Origin: Pseudomonadales bacterium
GTDB taxonomy: Bacteria; Pseudomonadota; Gammaproteobacteria; Pseudomonadales; Azotimanducaceae
Direction: 5' to 3'
Length of the DNA: 64,000 bases
Assembly (NCBI GenBank): GCA_007122315.1
Contig: SKUB01000153.1
Coordinates: forward strand, 7,450-71,449
A model generated the notes under the pieces. The model saw nothing but the letters and a program-made list of their open reading frames with translations. It did no database searches and was not told where the DNA came from. Within the stretch, counting starts at the first letter, position 1; each line of letters begins with the position of its first letter. The translations under genes and the position numbers were made by a program. Shown here piece after piece: positions 1 through 8,611 of this stretch.

Positions 1-435
1 GGTACCGCCGATGGTCACGGAGACTGGATCACCGTGGATCAGGACCGGATCAACCTGTTCGCGGATGCAACGCTGGACCACCAGTTCATTCATATCGACC
101 CGAAGAAGTCCGCGGAGCTCTCCCCCTACAAGGTGACCATTGCCCACGGCTTTCTCACCTTGTCACTGATCCCGCACCTCACGGCGAGCATTCCGCAGCA
201 GAATCCGGAGGCCTACAAGGGCATCGTCATGGGGGTGAACTATGGTCTCGACAAGGTTCGCTTCCCGAATCCCGTGAAGGTGAACTCCAAGGTACGTGCC
301 CATCGTGAATTGATGGAGGTCACCCTGGTCAACCCGAACACCGTGCAGGTGAAGAACAAGATCACCGTGGAGATCGATGGTGAACAGAAGCCTGGCTGCG
401 TGGCCGAGTTCCTGAGCCGGATGATCTACTCCTGA
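1..435 (+). CDS. MaoC-like (hot-dog fold) acyl dehydratase, 5' end outside window
   Basis: Frame 1 is open from nt 1 (GTADGHGDWITV...) into listed ORF 34..435. INLFADATLDHQFIHIDP and TIAHGFLTLSL fit the MaoC/NodN dehydratase signature as I know it. Confidence 0.7.
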   Translation, partial: GTADGHGDWITVDQDRINLFADATLDHQFIHIDPKKSAELSPYKVTIAHGFLTLSLIPHLTASIPQQNPEAYKGIVMGVNYGLDKVRFPNPVKVNSKVRAHRELMEVTLVNPNTVQVKNKITVEIDGEQKPGCVAEFLSRMIYS

Positions 436-439
436 TCCG

Positions 440-955
440 TCACTCGCTGAACCGCGGGATCAGCTCGACGAAGTTGCAGGGTTTGTGACGCACGTCGAGC
501 TGAGACTTCAGAATGCCGTTCCAGGCCGTCCGGCAAGCGCCGGATGAGCCTGGCATGGAGAAGATCAGGGTCCCGTTGGCAAGCCCGCCGAGGGCGCGGG
601 ACTGCACCGTGGAGGTGCCGATCTCCTGAAAGGAAAGCTGCCGAAAGAGTTCGCCGAAGCCATCGATGGTCTTGTCGAACAGCGGCTGCAGCGCTTCTGG
701 CGTACTGTCTCGCCCCGTGAAGCCGGTGCCACCCGTGGTCAGGATGACCTGGATGTGGGGATCTGCGATCCAGGCCGAGACCACCGCCCGCAGCCGGTAG
801 CGGTCGTCGGGAGCCAGCGCGCGCTCTGCAAGCTCGTGTCCGGACGCCGTGAGCAACTCAGCGAGCAGGGCCCCGGAGGTATCCGTTGCCCGTGTACGGG
901 TGTCGGAGACGGTGAGGACGGCGATGCGAAGCGGCTGCATGTCGATAGGGCCCAT
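440..955 (-). CDS. moaB: molybdenum cofactor biosynthesis protein B
   Basis: Collinear with E. coli MoaB from memory ([54 protein letters not shown]). The listed ORF opens with TTG at 991. ATG at 955 gives an E. coli-like N-terminal length. Confidence 0.85.
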   Translation of the reverse strand: MGPIDMQPLRIAVLTVSDTRTRATDTSGALLAELLTASGHELAERALAPDDRYRLRAVVSAWIADPHIQVILTTGGTGFTGRDSTPEALQPLFDKTIDGFGELFRQLSFQEIGTSTVQSRALGGLANGTLIFSMPGSSGACRTAWNGILKSQLDVRHKPCNFVELIPRFSE

Positions 956-1182
956 GGCAGATCCCGTCAGGTTGTCTGAATGCGGGCACAATCGGCTCGC
1001 GGAGCTATTCTTGGCGTGATGGGAACGAGGTGTCCAGCATGACCGGTTTGCAGTCGCGGCGCCTTACGCTGCTGCAGATCCAGGCCATGGGATGGTTCAG
1101 TTTTCTCCTGCTCTGGGTGATGATCTGTGCGAAAGTTGCGCGCGTGCCGGACCATTGGCGCCATCGATGGGTTTGCCGTTCG

Positions 1183-1217
1183 CGATTCAATCGGGTAACT
1201 TCTTTCGATTCAATCGG
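1183..1217. promoter_or_regulatory. paired operator-like palindromes CGATTcAATCG (x2) upstream of the fused carboxylase gene
   Basis: The 12-nt direct repeat CGATTCAATCGG occurs at 1183-1194 and 1206-1217. Each copy contains a perfect 11-bp palindrome, and starts are 23 bp apart. The second copy overlaps a possible TTCAAT(1209-1214)-N17-TAAAGT(1232-1237) sigma70-like promoter. The stretch is locally AT-rich. Confidence 0.35.
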
Positions 1218-1289
1218 TTGCAGCACAAGTGTAAAGTGTTGCCCGAGTTTCCGGCGACTCGAGCCGGAGCGTTGCCCGAGGGAGGGTTG

Positions 1290-4200
1290 ATGCAGACGCC
1301 GCAGCAGGAAGGTGATCAGCTGTTCCTGATCGCCGAGAGTCTCGCCAAGGATTTTTCGCTGTTCGCGGAGCGCGAGACCACTACGATCCAGGACCATGTC
1401 CAGGGTCTGTTGTCGGCGCGTGCCATCGAGCGCCAGCTCGACAAGCTGCGCAACATGGACATCGACACCTACATCGAGCGTTGCGTCGCTCCGGCGGAAG
1501 ATCCGGGCAGGATCAGTGCCCGCAGCATCATCCCGCGACTCGGCATGCGCGTCGCGCAGGTCGAGGAAGATGGTCCATTCTACTCCGCTGTCGTCACCAT
1601 GGATTTCGGTGACGAGTATCGTCAGGTGGGCTTCATCGCGCAGGACCGCAGCGTCAAAAATGGCGTCTGGATGCCGCACCATCACCTGGCTGCGGCTCGC
1701 CGGGTGGACGAGTGGTCCAAACGCAGCCTGCCCATCGTCAGTCTCATGGATACCCCGGGCGCGGATGCGGAAGAGCAGGCCAACCGCAACAACCAGGCTC
1801 ATTCCATCTCGCGTCTGATTGCCGAGATGTGCAACGTGGATGTGCCCACCGTCGGCATCATCTTCGGCCTCGGCTATTCCGGCGGCGCCATTCCGTTGGC
1901 CGCCAGCAATCTCATCCTGTCCGTGCGCGACGGCGTCTTCAACACCATCCAGCCGAAGGGACTGGCGAACATCGCCCGCAAGTACAACCTGTCCTGGCAG
2001 GAGTGCGCGAAGCAGGTGGGGGTGTCCGCCTACGAACTGTGTCGTCAGGGCAACATCGACGGCGTCATCGATTACGTCCCGGGCGAGGATGACGACAAGC
2101 TCGCGAACCTCCGCCAAGCCATCGTGACCGGCATCCTCAGCGTCGAGCAGAGTACCCGCGCGTTCGTGGCCGCGAATCCGTACATCCTCGATCACTACCA
2201 GCGCAACCTCGAGCGCTACCTGAATCCGTCGCCGCGCCTCGACGCCACCGAGGCCAGCGCGTCTTTGTCGAACACGAAGTCGCCTACGGAGTACACCAAC
2301 GTTTTCGGGGTGACCTATCGCTATCTGCGCTATCTCGGCGTACGCAAGCGCATCCGCTCCACCTCGGTGAAGCAATACGGCCGGCTGGCGGCTGCGGAGG
2401 TGCCTCAGGGTGAGCTGGCGGATCGCGCCGAGCGCGAGCGGCGGCGCGCGTTTCTGTCCTGGCTGCAGGATCCGGAGAAGCTGGTCTATGACGATGCGCT
2501 GTCGAAGGCGTGGAAGAACTACCAGGAGAAGAAGCAGGCCGTCCATGACGAGCGGGGCCGCATCGCCCAGCTGTTCTTTGGTGAGCCGAAGAAAAACTAC
2601 GAAGACGCCCGTGCGGTGCTGTTGCTGACCATCTCTACCTATCTCTACAACCGCTGGAAGCACGAGGCGCGCGGGAATTTTGCCGCACTGGTGGAGCACC
2701 TGCGGGAGCCGGGCGCCACTCGCCTCCTGCTGCGAACTGAAGATCTCGGCGATGCGCGCGAATTCGCCCGCCATCTGCGTGAGGATGATGCGCCGCTGTC
2801 GATTTTCCTGCGCGATCGCTTTTCTCATGAGGGACGCAAGCTGCTGTCGAAGCAGGGCGTCGCAGACAAGTCCGACGGCTATCTGCGCAGCAATATGGTG
2901 GCGGAACTCAACCTGATCCTGTCCGCCCACAACGTCCTCGCCGAGGCGCAGCTCGATCCGGCTCAGGTTCCGGACAGCGTACATGGCGTGGTTGCAGCGG
3001 ATACACCGGTGGGCAGCGCCGCGTCCATCCGCGCCGGCCGCGCATTGATCTGTGCCCGCTATCCGGACTACGTCGAGGAACGCTCCGGCGTTTCGGAGCC
3101 GCTCCCGGTCTCGGAAATGACCATCCTCGACGTATTGCTCGAAGACGAGCTGCGTGAGGAGTTCCAGCGTGAATGCCTGAACCTGCTGGTGTTCGACGCC
3201 CTGTACACCGAGGTCATTCAGAACCTCGACACCATCGCTGAGGAGGCGGACGAGAAGCGTGCCCTCTCGCGCGCGTCCATGGAGCAACTGCTCGACCGGA
3301 GCATCAGCCAGGCTGCGTCCAGCCTGCCCCTGACGCTACTCGGTGTCGCTGACCTGCCACGGGAAGCGATCGTCCTGCAATTGAAGAACCAGGCGTTCGA
3401 CTGGCTCGAGCGACTCGATGCCTATCTGCGCGCAGGCGCCTTCCTGAAGTCGGTCGAGGAATGGAAAAAGTCGGGATTCCCGCACCTATCCGATACGCTG
3501 CTTGTGGTGGTGACCCACGTCTTCGAGCGCATGCTGCCATCCTTCATTGCGGCAGAGCGCGAAGGACGCAAATACGACGGCCGGATCAATCCACGCAATA
3601 TCGGCCGCCGCAAGGATTTCTGGAATCGGCTCACCATCGCTTACCGGGACCTCCTGATCCAGAAGGTGCTCACTCAGGGTAAGCGCAAGCGCAGTGCCCT
3701 GCCGGAGCACTTCATCGAGGAGTTCTTCGAGGACTTTCAGGAACTCTATGCGGATCTGATCAGTTCGGATCCGGTGCAGTTCCCAGGTTTCCGCCAATCC
3801 ATCGAGCAGGCGCTCGGGCGAGATCAGCCGCCCAGCGGCATCATCACCGGAATCGGCACCTTCCGTACCGGAGATCAGTCGTTCCAATGCGGCGCGGTGA
3901 TTTCCAATGTGGACTTCCAGGCGGGCGCCTTCGACATGGCCAGCGCCGAGAAATTCTGTCATCTGCTGGTGGTGTGCGCCCAACGCCGCCTGCCGGTGAT
4001 CTGTTTCATATCATCCGGCGGCATGCAGACCAAGGAGGGCGCAGGCGCTCTGTTCTCCATGGCGGCAGTCAACGATCGTATCACCCGTTTCGTGCGTGAC
4101 ATCGATCTTCCGGTGATCGTGTTCGGGTTCGGTGATTGCACCGGTGGCGCCCAGGCCAGTTTCGTCACCCATCCGCTGGTGCAGACGTTCTATCTGTCCG

Positions 4201-6251
4201 GCACCAACATGCCGTTCGCCGGCCAGATCGTCGTGCAGTCGAATCTGCCGAGTCATGCGACGCTGGCCAACTACCTTTCCTTGGTTCCTGGCGCGATGCA
4301 GGGACTGGTGCAGCATCCCTTCCAGCCCGAACTCGACGATGCCCTGCGCAATGTCGATCCGGAGATTCCCCTGCCCAAGGTGGATGTGCGGACCGTGGTC
4401 GAGCGGGTCATGTCCGGCGCGATCACCAGTTCGCTGCCCGGCGTACCGAAGGTCGAGGTCAAGCCTGAGAACTACGAGCACCTGATCCGGCCGATCAAGC
4501 GCACGCTGATTCACGCCCGCGGCTGCACTGCGACCAAGCTCGTCCGCGTGGCACGCGCCCGTGGTATCGAGGTGGTGCTGGTGCAGTCGGATCCGGACAT
4601 GGAGTCGGTGGCGGTGGACATGCTCGGGCCCAAGGATCGGGTGGTGTGCATTGGCGGTAACACGCCCGACGAAAGCTATCTCAACGGGCTGTCCGTGGTC
4701 CGGGTGGCAGAGCACGAAAAGGCGGACTCGCTGCATCCGGGCATCGGCTTCCTGTCCGAGAACGCGCAGTTCGCCGAACTGTGCCGCAGCCACGGCATCA
4801 ACTTCATCGGCCCGCCGGTGGAAGCCATGGAGACCATGGGCAACAAGTCCAATGCCATCAACACGGCGCGCAAGCTCGGCGTCCCGGTGGTGCCCGGCAG
4901 TCATGGCATCGTCACCCAGGTGGATCGGGCGTCCAGCGTCGCCGAGCAGATCGGCTATCCGGTCCTGATCAAGGCGGTGCATGGTGGCGGCGGCAAGGGC
5001 ATCCAGGTGGTGGAGCGGCCCGAGGACTTTCACGACCTGTTCCGCCAGGTGGCGGCGGAGGCGCGTAATGCCTTCGGTAATGGCGATGTCTATCTCGAGA
5101 AGTACGTGCTGTCGCTTCGTCACATCGAGGCCCAGCTCCTGCGTGACACTCACGGCAACACGCGGGTGCTCGGCATTCGCGACTGCTCCGTGCAGCGCAA
5201 CAAGCAGAAGGTGGTGGAGGAGTCCGGGTCCACGGCGCTCTCGGCGGAGATGGAAGCGCAGGTTCTCGAGTACACGGCGGCACTGGCCGCCGAGGTGAAC
5301 TACGTCGGTGCGGGAACCGTGGAGTTCATCTACGACGTCGCCAACGATTCGGTCTACTTCATGGAGATGAACACGCGGCTGCAGGTGGAGCACCCGGTCA
5401 CCGAGTACGTCTCTGGAGTCGACATCGTCGGTGAGCAGTTCCGCATCGCCGCCGGCGAGTCCATCGCCGATCTCGAAATCGGCAGCAATGGCTACGCCAT
5501 CGAAGTGCGGGTCAATGCGGAGAAAGTGATCATCGGTAACGATGGCCGGATCCTGTTCCGCCCCGATCCTGGAACGGTGCATCTCTGCGAGATGCCGGAG
5601 GCAGACGGTATCGACGTGATCAGCTCTGCAGGGACGGGCAAGGTCGTGTCGCCGTTCTACGATTCCATGGTCGCCCAGATCATCGCCCACGACAGGGATC
5701 GTGACGCGGCTGCCGATCGCCTCCTGTCCTATCTGGATGAGGTTCGCATCGACGGCATCTGCACCAACCTGGCATTGCTCAAGCGTATTCTCGCCGACAA
5801 GACTTTCCGCAGCGGTGACTACGACACGACCTACATGGAAAGCCTGCTGGCTACCCTCGACCCGGACGAACTCATCGAGGAGATGCAGCAGGATGCCGGC
5901 GTCGACGGAGCACCTGTAGATGCTGCCGATCTCCGCATCGAGGGCAGCGATGAACTGAAAGTGCTGTCGCCGTCCACGGGGGTGTTCTACATCACACCGT
6001 CACCGTCGGAGCCGGAGTACGTTTCAGTGGGCGACTCGGTCACCGTGGACAAGACGCTGTGTCAGCTCGAGGCCATGAAGAGCTTTTCACCTCTGACGCT
6101 CGCGAGTTTCAACCATGGTGAGGTCAAGCTGTATCCGCCGGATCAGCGTTACGTGATCACCCGTATCAACATCGCCAATGGCCAGCAGGTGAATCCCGGT
6201 GACCTGCTGTTCGTGGTGAAGCCGAAGAGTGCCCTGGAGTCCGCAGCCTGA
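1290..6251 (+). CDS. multidomain biotin-dependent carboxylase (AccA-like CT, unknown ~500 aa region, AccD-like CT, biotin carboxylase, BCCP)
   Basis: ATG 1290 follows GGAGGG (1280-1285). The AccA-like segment is at ~1540-2170 (SLMDTPGADAEEQANRNNQAHSISRLIAEM, GLGYSGGAIPLA). The AccD-like segment is at ~3730-4320 (PVICFISSGGMQTKEGAGALFSMA, GDCTGGAQASF). Biotin carboxylase is at ~4490-5850 (HGGGGKGI, EMNTRLQVEHPVTE). BCCP is at ~5950-6230, with the biotinyl Lys in EAMKS (codon 6078-6080). Confidence 0.85.
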   Translation: MQTPQQEGDQLFLIAESLAKDFSLFAERETTTIQDHVQGLLSARAIERQLDKLRNMDIDTYIERCVAPAEDPGRISARSIIPRLGMRVAQVEEDGPFYSAVVTMDFGDEYRQVGFIAQDRSVKNGVWMPHHHLAAARRVDEWSKRSLPIVSLMDTPGADAEEQANRNNQAHSISRLIAEMCNVDVPTVGIIFGLGYSGGAIPLAASNLILSVRDGVFNTIQPKGLANIARKYNLSWQECAKQVGVSAYELCRQGNIDGVIDYVPGEDDDKLANLRQAIVTGILSVEQSTRAFVAANPYILDHYQRNLERYLNPSPRLDATEASASLSNTKSPTEYTNVFGVTYRYLRYLGVRKRIRSTSVKQYGRLAAAEVPQGELADRAERERRRAFLSWLQDPEKLVYDDALSKAWKNYQEKKQAVHDERGRIAQLFFGEPKKNYEDARAVLLLTISTYLYNRWKHEARGNFAALVEHLREPGATRLLLRTEDLGDAREFARHLREDDAPLSIFLRDRFSHEGRKLLSKQGVADKSDGYLRSNMVAELNLILSAHNVLAEAQLDPAQVPDSVHGVVAADTPVGSAASIRAGRALICARYPDYVEERSGVSEPLPVSEMTILDVLLEDELREEFQRECLNLLVFDALYTEVIQNLDTIAEEADEKRALSRASMEQLLDRSISQAASSLPLTLLGVADLPREAIVLQLKNQAFDWLERLDAYLRAGAFLKSVEEWKKSGFPHLSDTLLVVVTHVFERMLPSFIAAEREGRKYDGRINPRNIGRRKDFWNRLTIAYRDLLIQKVLTQGKRKRSALPEHFIEEFFEDFQELYADLISSDPVQFPGFRQSIEQALGRDQPPSGIITGIGTFRTGDQSFQCGAVISNVDFQAGAFDMASAEKFCHLLVVCAQRRLPVICFISSGGMQTKEGAGALFSMAAVNDRITRFVRDIDLPVIVFGFGDCTGGAQASFVTHPLVQTFYLSGTNMPFAGQIVVQSNLPSHATLANYLSLVPGAMQGLVQHPFQPELDDALRNVDPEIPLPKVDVRTVVERVMSGAITSSLPGVPKVEVKPENYEHLIRPIKRTLIHARGCTATKLVRVARARGIEVVLVQSDPDMESVAVDMLGPKDRVVCIGGNTPDESYLNGLSVVRVAEHEKADSLHPGIGFLSENAQFAELCRSHGINFIGPPVEAMETMGNKSNAINTARKLGVPVVPGSHGIVTQVDRASSVAEQIGYPVLIKAVHGGGGKGIQVVERPEDFHDLFRQVAAEARNAFGNGDVYLEKYVLSLRHIEAQLLRDTHGNTRVLGIRDCSVQRNKQKVVEESGSTALSAEMEAQVLEYTAALAAEVNYVGAGTVEFIYDVANDSVYFMEMNTRLQVEHPVTEYVSGVDIVGEQFRIAAGESIADLEIGSNGYAIEVRVNAEKVIIGNDGRILFRPDPGTVHLCEMPEADGIDVISSAGTGKVVSPFYDSMVAQIIAHDRDRDAAADRLLSYLDEVRIDGICTNLALLKRILADKTFRSGDYDTTYMESLLATLDPDELIEEMQQDAGVDGAPVDAADLRIEGSDELKVLSPSTGVFYITPSPSEPEYVSVGDSVTVDKTLCQLEAMKSFSPLTLASFNHGEVKLYPPDQRYVITRINIANGQQVNPGDLLFVVKPKSALESAA

Positions 6252-6275
6252 TCTTGCCTAGGTCCGCTTTGCCCT

Positions 6276-6710
6276 CTACCTGCTGAGCTTGCCGTAGTCC
6301 ACGCTCAGCCAGCGCTCGGGATCGATCCGCACCACGACGGATCCGTCAGTTCCGCTCTGTTCCGCATAGGCGTCGCCGCCCTTGGTACCAAGGTAGCGGC
6401 GTGCCATCGGGCGCAGGTCCGATTCCAGGTCGGCTTCGCGAATTTCCGAGACCAGGCCTTCGACGCTGACGTAGCGGTAGGGCAGCGACTCGGTCTGGGC
6501 GACCAGCGTGACCCGGGTGCCCGGTCCGAGCAGTTTGCCTTTGCGCGATTCGCGGCCTGTGATCACGGTGATGGCGCCACCGGGTTCGTAGGCGTACCAG
6601 ATTGGCGCCGTGAGCGGCGCGCCCTGCGGCCTTGGAATGGCCAGCACCCCGACGTGCAGGTCGGCCAGAAAGGCTTCCCGCTCAGCGGCGGTCATGCGTG
6701 TGTCGCTCAC
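6276..6710 (-). CDS. pyridoxamine 5'-phosphate oxidase-like (PPOX/FMN-binding split barrel) family protein
   Basis: A 144-aa ORF. FLADLHVGVLAI...PIWYAYEPGG...VTLVAQTE resembles the PPOX-class flavin/deazaflavin-binding family. It lies 22 nt downstream of the preceding minus-strand gene. Confidence 0.65.
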   Translation of the reverse strand: MSDTRMTAAEREAFLADLHVGVLAIPRPQGAPLTAPIWYAYEPGGAITVITGRESRKGKLLGPGTRVTLVAQTESLPYRYVSVEGLVSEIREADLESDLRPMARRYLGTKGGDAYAEQSGTDGSVVVRIDPERWLSVDYGKLSR

Positions 6711-6732
6711 GGCTTGTGCTCCCTTAAGCGCG

Positions 6733-8508
6733 TCAATGCCCGGATGCGTTGCCGGGCCGAGTCACCCGGGCCGTCTCCGCTGCGGTATCGGCGCGGGTGT
6801 AGCGCACCGAGCCGAACAGCATCTCGTCCCAGCTCTGGAGGCCCCAGCGAACTTCGACGCTCGGGTCCGGGTTGGCCCTGTTCTGGGCTGAGTTGTCCCA
6901 GCTGGTGCGGTGGATGAGCTTGGTGCCGGCAGGCAGGAACACGGGCTCTGCCAGCACGTAGTCGTGCTGCCAATTGAAGTCGTAGTTGGGCACCGAGAGC
7001 AGAGTCTCCTCGCTGCCGTCCGAATGCACGGCGATGAATGCGCTGGAACGACCGCGATAGTGGGCGTGAGGCAGCAGGCTGTGAACCCAGACGTCGTGCT
7101 CGAAGGTGTGCGTGGCCTGCTCCGTATGCTTCCTGGTATGCGGGGGAATGCTGATCCTCGGATTGATCAGGACCAGATTGCGCAGCTCCCGCTCGGGCGG
7201 CTCGTCTGCAAAGTACAGCGCCATACGGGTGACGTCGGTGGTGGCCCGACCCATGGTCGTGTAGTGCATCTGCAGGACGAAGATCGCGTCGGGTTCGAGA
7301 AAGACGCCTGTGCCTTCCGGGTAGCGCGTCGGACCGCCGCCGGGAACGAACCCACCCAGGGCGGAGCCCAGCGCACCTTCGCGCTGATGGCGACCTTCCT
7401 GCCCGGCGAAGGTGGCGATGATGTGGTGCACCACGGCGCGGTCGCCGGGTTCGAAATCCACGGCCCGGACCCACACACCCTCTTTCAGCGGATTCGGTAT
7501 CCGGGGATGCTGGTAGGCGATCACGCCGGTGGCGGGGACGTCGAAGGGCGGCAGCTCGATGATGAGGTCCGGCTCACCGAGCTCCCATTCCGGCCAGTCC
7601 CGGGCCGTGAGCGCCGGCAGGGGGTCCTCTCCCTCACCGCGTGGAGCACCGGCCTCCACCCAGCGGACCAGCTTCTGGCGTTCGGCCGTGGTCAGGCTGC
7701 GATCGTTGCTGAATTCGCCGTGATGCGGATCCGCATGCCACGGCGGCATGCGGTCGGTGCGGAGCACTTCCCGGATCATGGGTGCGAAACCGTGGACGAT
7801 GGCGTATTCGGACATGGCGAACGGGCCGATGCCGCCCGGCCGGTGGCAGGCGACACAGTTATCTGCGATCAGCGGTGCAATGTCCTCGCTGTAGCTCGGT
7901 GTCTGCTTGGCGCGTTGATCCCGCTCCGGAAAATGCACCAGGCAACCTTCGGCTTCCACCTCGGCCTGGCTCACGGCCTCTCCGGCGAGCACCGCGTCGA
8001 GGGCGTCGGTGAGATAGTCCCGGGTCGCGGTCGGACGTTGTGCCTGGTAGGAGACCCGATCATCGATGGGGCCGCGATAGGCCAGCTGCCAGCGGTTCGG
8101 ATTGATGACGAAGACTTCCGCCGTACGCGTGAAGCCCATGGACTCGCCGATCAGTTGGCCGGAATCCATGAGGATCGGAAAATCGATGCTGAACTCCGAC
8201 GCTTCGGTCCGGATGCGATCCCGGTCGTCGTGCAGATTCGAGTTGATCAGGAAAAACTCCACGCCCTTATCGGCATAGGCGTCCCTGATCTCCGCCAGGC
8301 GTGGCAGCTGGTTGCGCACGATGGGACAACCGTTGCCCTGGACCATGACCACGATGGCACTGGCATCGGAGTGGTAGTACAGCTCATGGGACTCGCCGCG
8401 GTGGTCGAGCAAGCGGAAATTGTCGACCCGGTCGCCGGGCTCCAGCGTGTGGGCAGCGGTGACTGCCAGCACACCCAGTATCAGTACGATCGAACGCACC
8501 TTCACCAT
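6733..8508 (-). CDS. secreted thioredoxin-fold / CxxCH heme motif / copper type II monooxygenase-like protein
   Basis: ATG 8508 is preceded by GGAGG and followed by a signal-like N-terminus (VKVRSIVLILGVLAVTAA). A redoxin-like region has the single Cys motif GNGCP. CVACH is encoded at 7843-7857. The C-terminal half carries VVHHII, LQMHY, LLPHAHYRG, NYDFNWQ and WDEMLFG, resembling PHM/DBH copper-ligand motifs. Confidence 0.75.
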   Translation of the reverse strand: MVKVRSIVLILGVLAVTAAHTLEPGDRVDNFRLLDHRGESHELYYHSDASAIVVMVQGNGCPIVRNQLPRLAEIRDAYADKGVEFFLINSNLHDDRDRIRTEASEFSIDFPILMDSGQLIGESMGFTRTAEVFVINPNRWQLAYRGPIDDRVSYQAQRPTATRDYLTDALDAVLAGEAVSQAEVEAEGCLVHFPERDQRAKQTPSYSEDIAPLIADNCVACHRPGGIGPFAMSEYAIVHGFAPMIREVLRTDRMPPWHADPHHGEFSNDRSLTTAERQKLVRWVEAGAPRGEGEDPLPALTARDWPEWELGEPDLIIELPPFDVPATGVIAYQHPRIPNPLKEGVWVRAVDFEPGDRAVVHHIIATFAGQEGRHQREGALGSALGGFVPGGGPTRYPEGTGVFLEPDAIFVLQMHYTTMGRATTDVTRMALYFADEPPERELRNLVLINPRISIPPHTRKHTEQATHTFEHDVWVHSLLPHAHYRGRSSAFIAVHSDGSEETLLSVPNYDFNWQHDYVLAEPVFLPAGTKLIHRTSWDNSAQNRANPDPSVEVRWGLQSWDEMLFGSVRYTRADTAAETARVTRPGNASGH

Positions 8509-8611
8509 GACTTCGCCTCCCCGCATCCGTCATGCCTGCAAGCTAAGGCCATCGCGCGCGTTTGGCAATTCCTTCGTGGTCTCCTGCACCGCAGGTTCGG
8601 GACATCGGGGA

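Noticed and set aside
956-1289. A possible molybdenum-cofactor riboswitch upstream of moaB.
   Set aside because: I could not recognise the conserved Moco-motif elements on the minus strand. The region is better explained as a divergent promoter with the duplicated palindrome. An Infernal scan would settle it.
1005-3287. A 760-aa ORF antisense to the carboxylase gene. Similar cases are 4011..5690 (559 aa) and many shorter ORFs in 1.0-6.3 kb.
   Set aside because: The translations are Arg/Ala/Gly/His-rich low-complexity sequence with no motifs. They lie exactly antisense to a gene with strong domain evidence. This is the typical stop-poor shadow frame of high-GC DNA.
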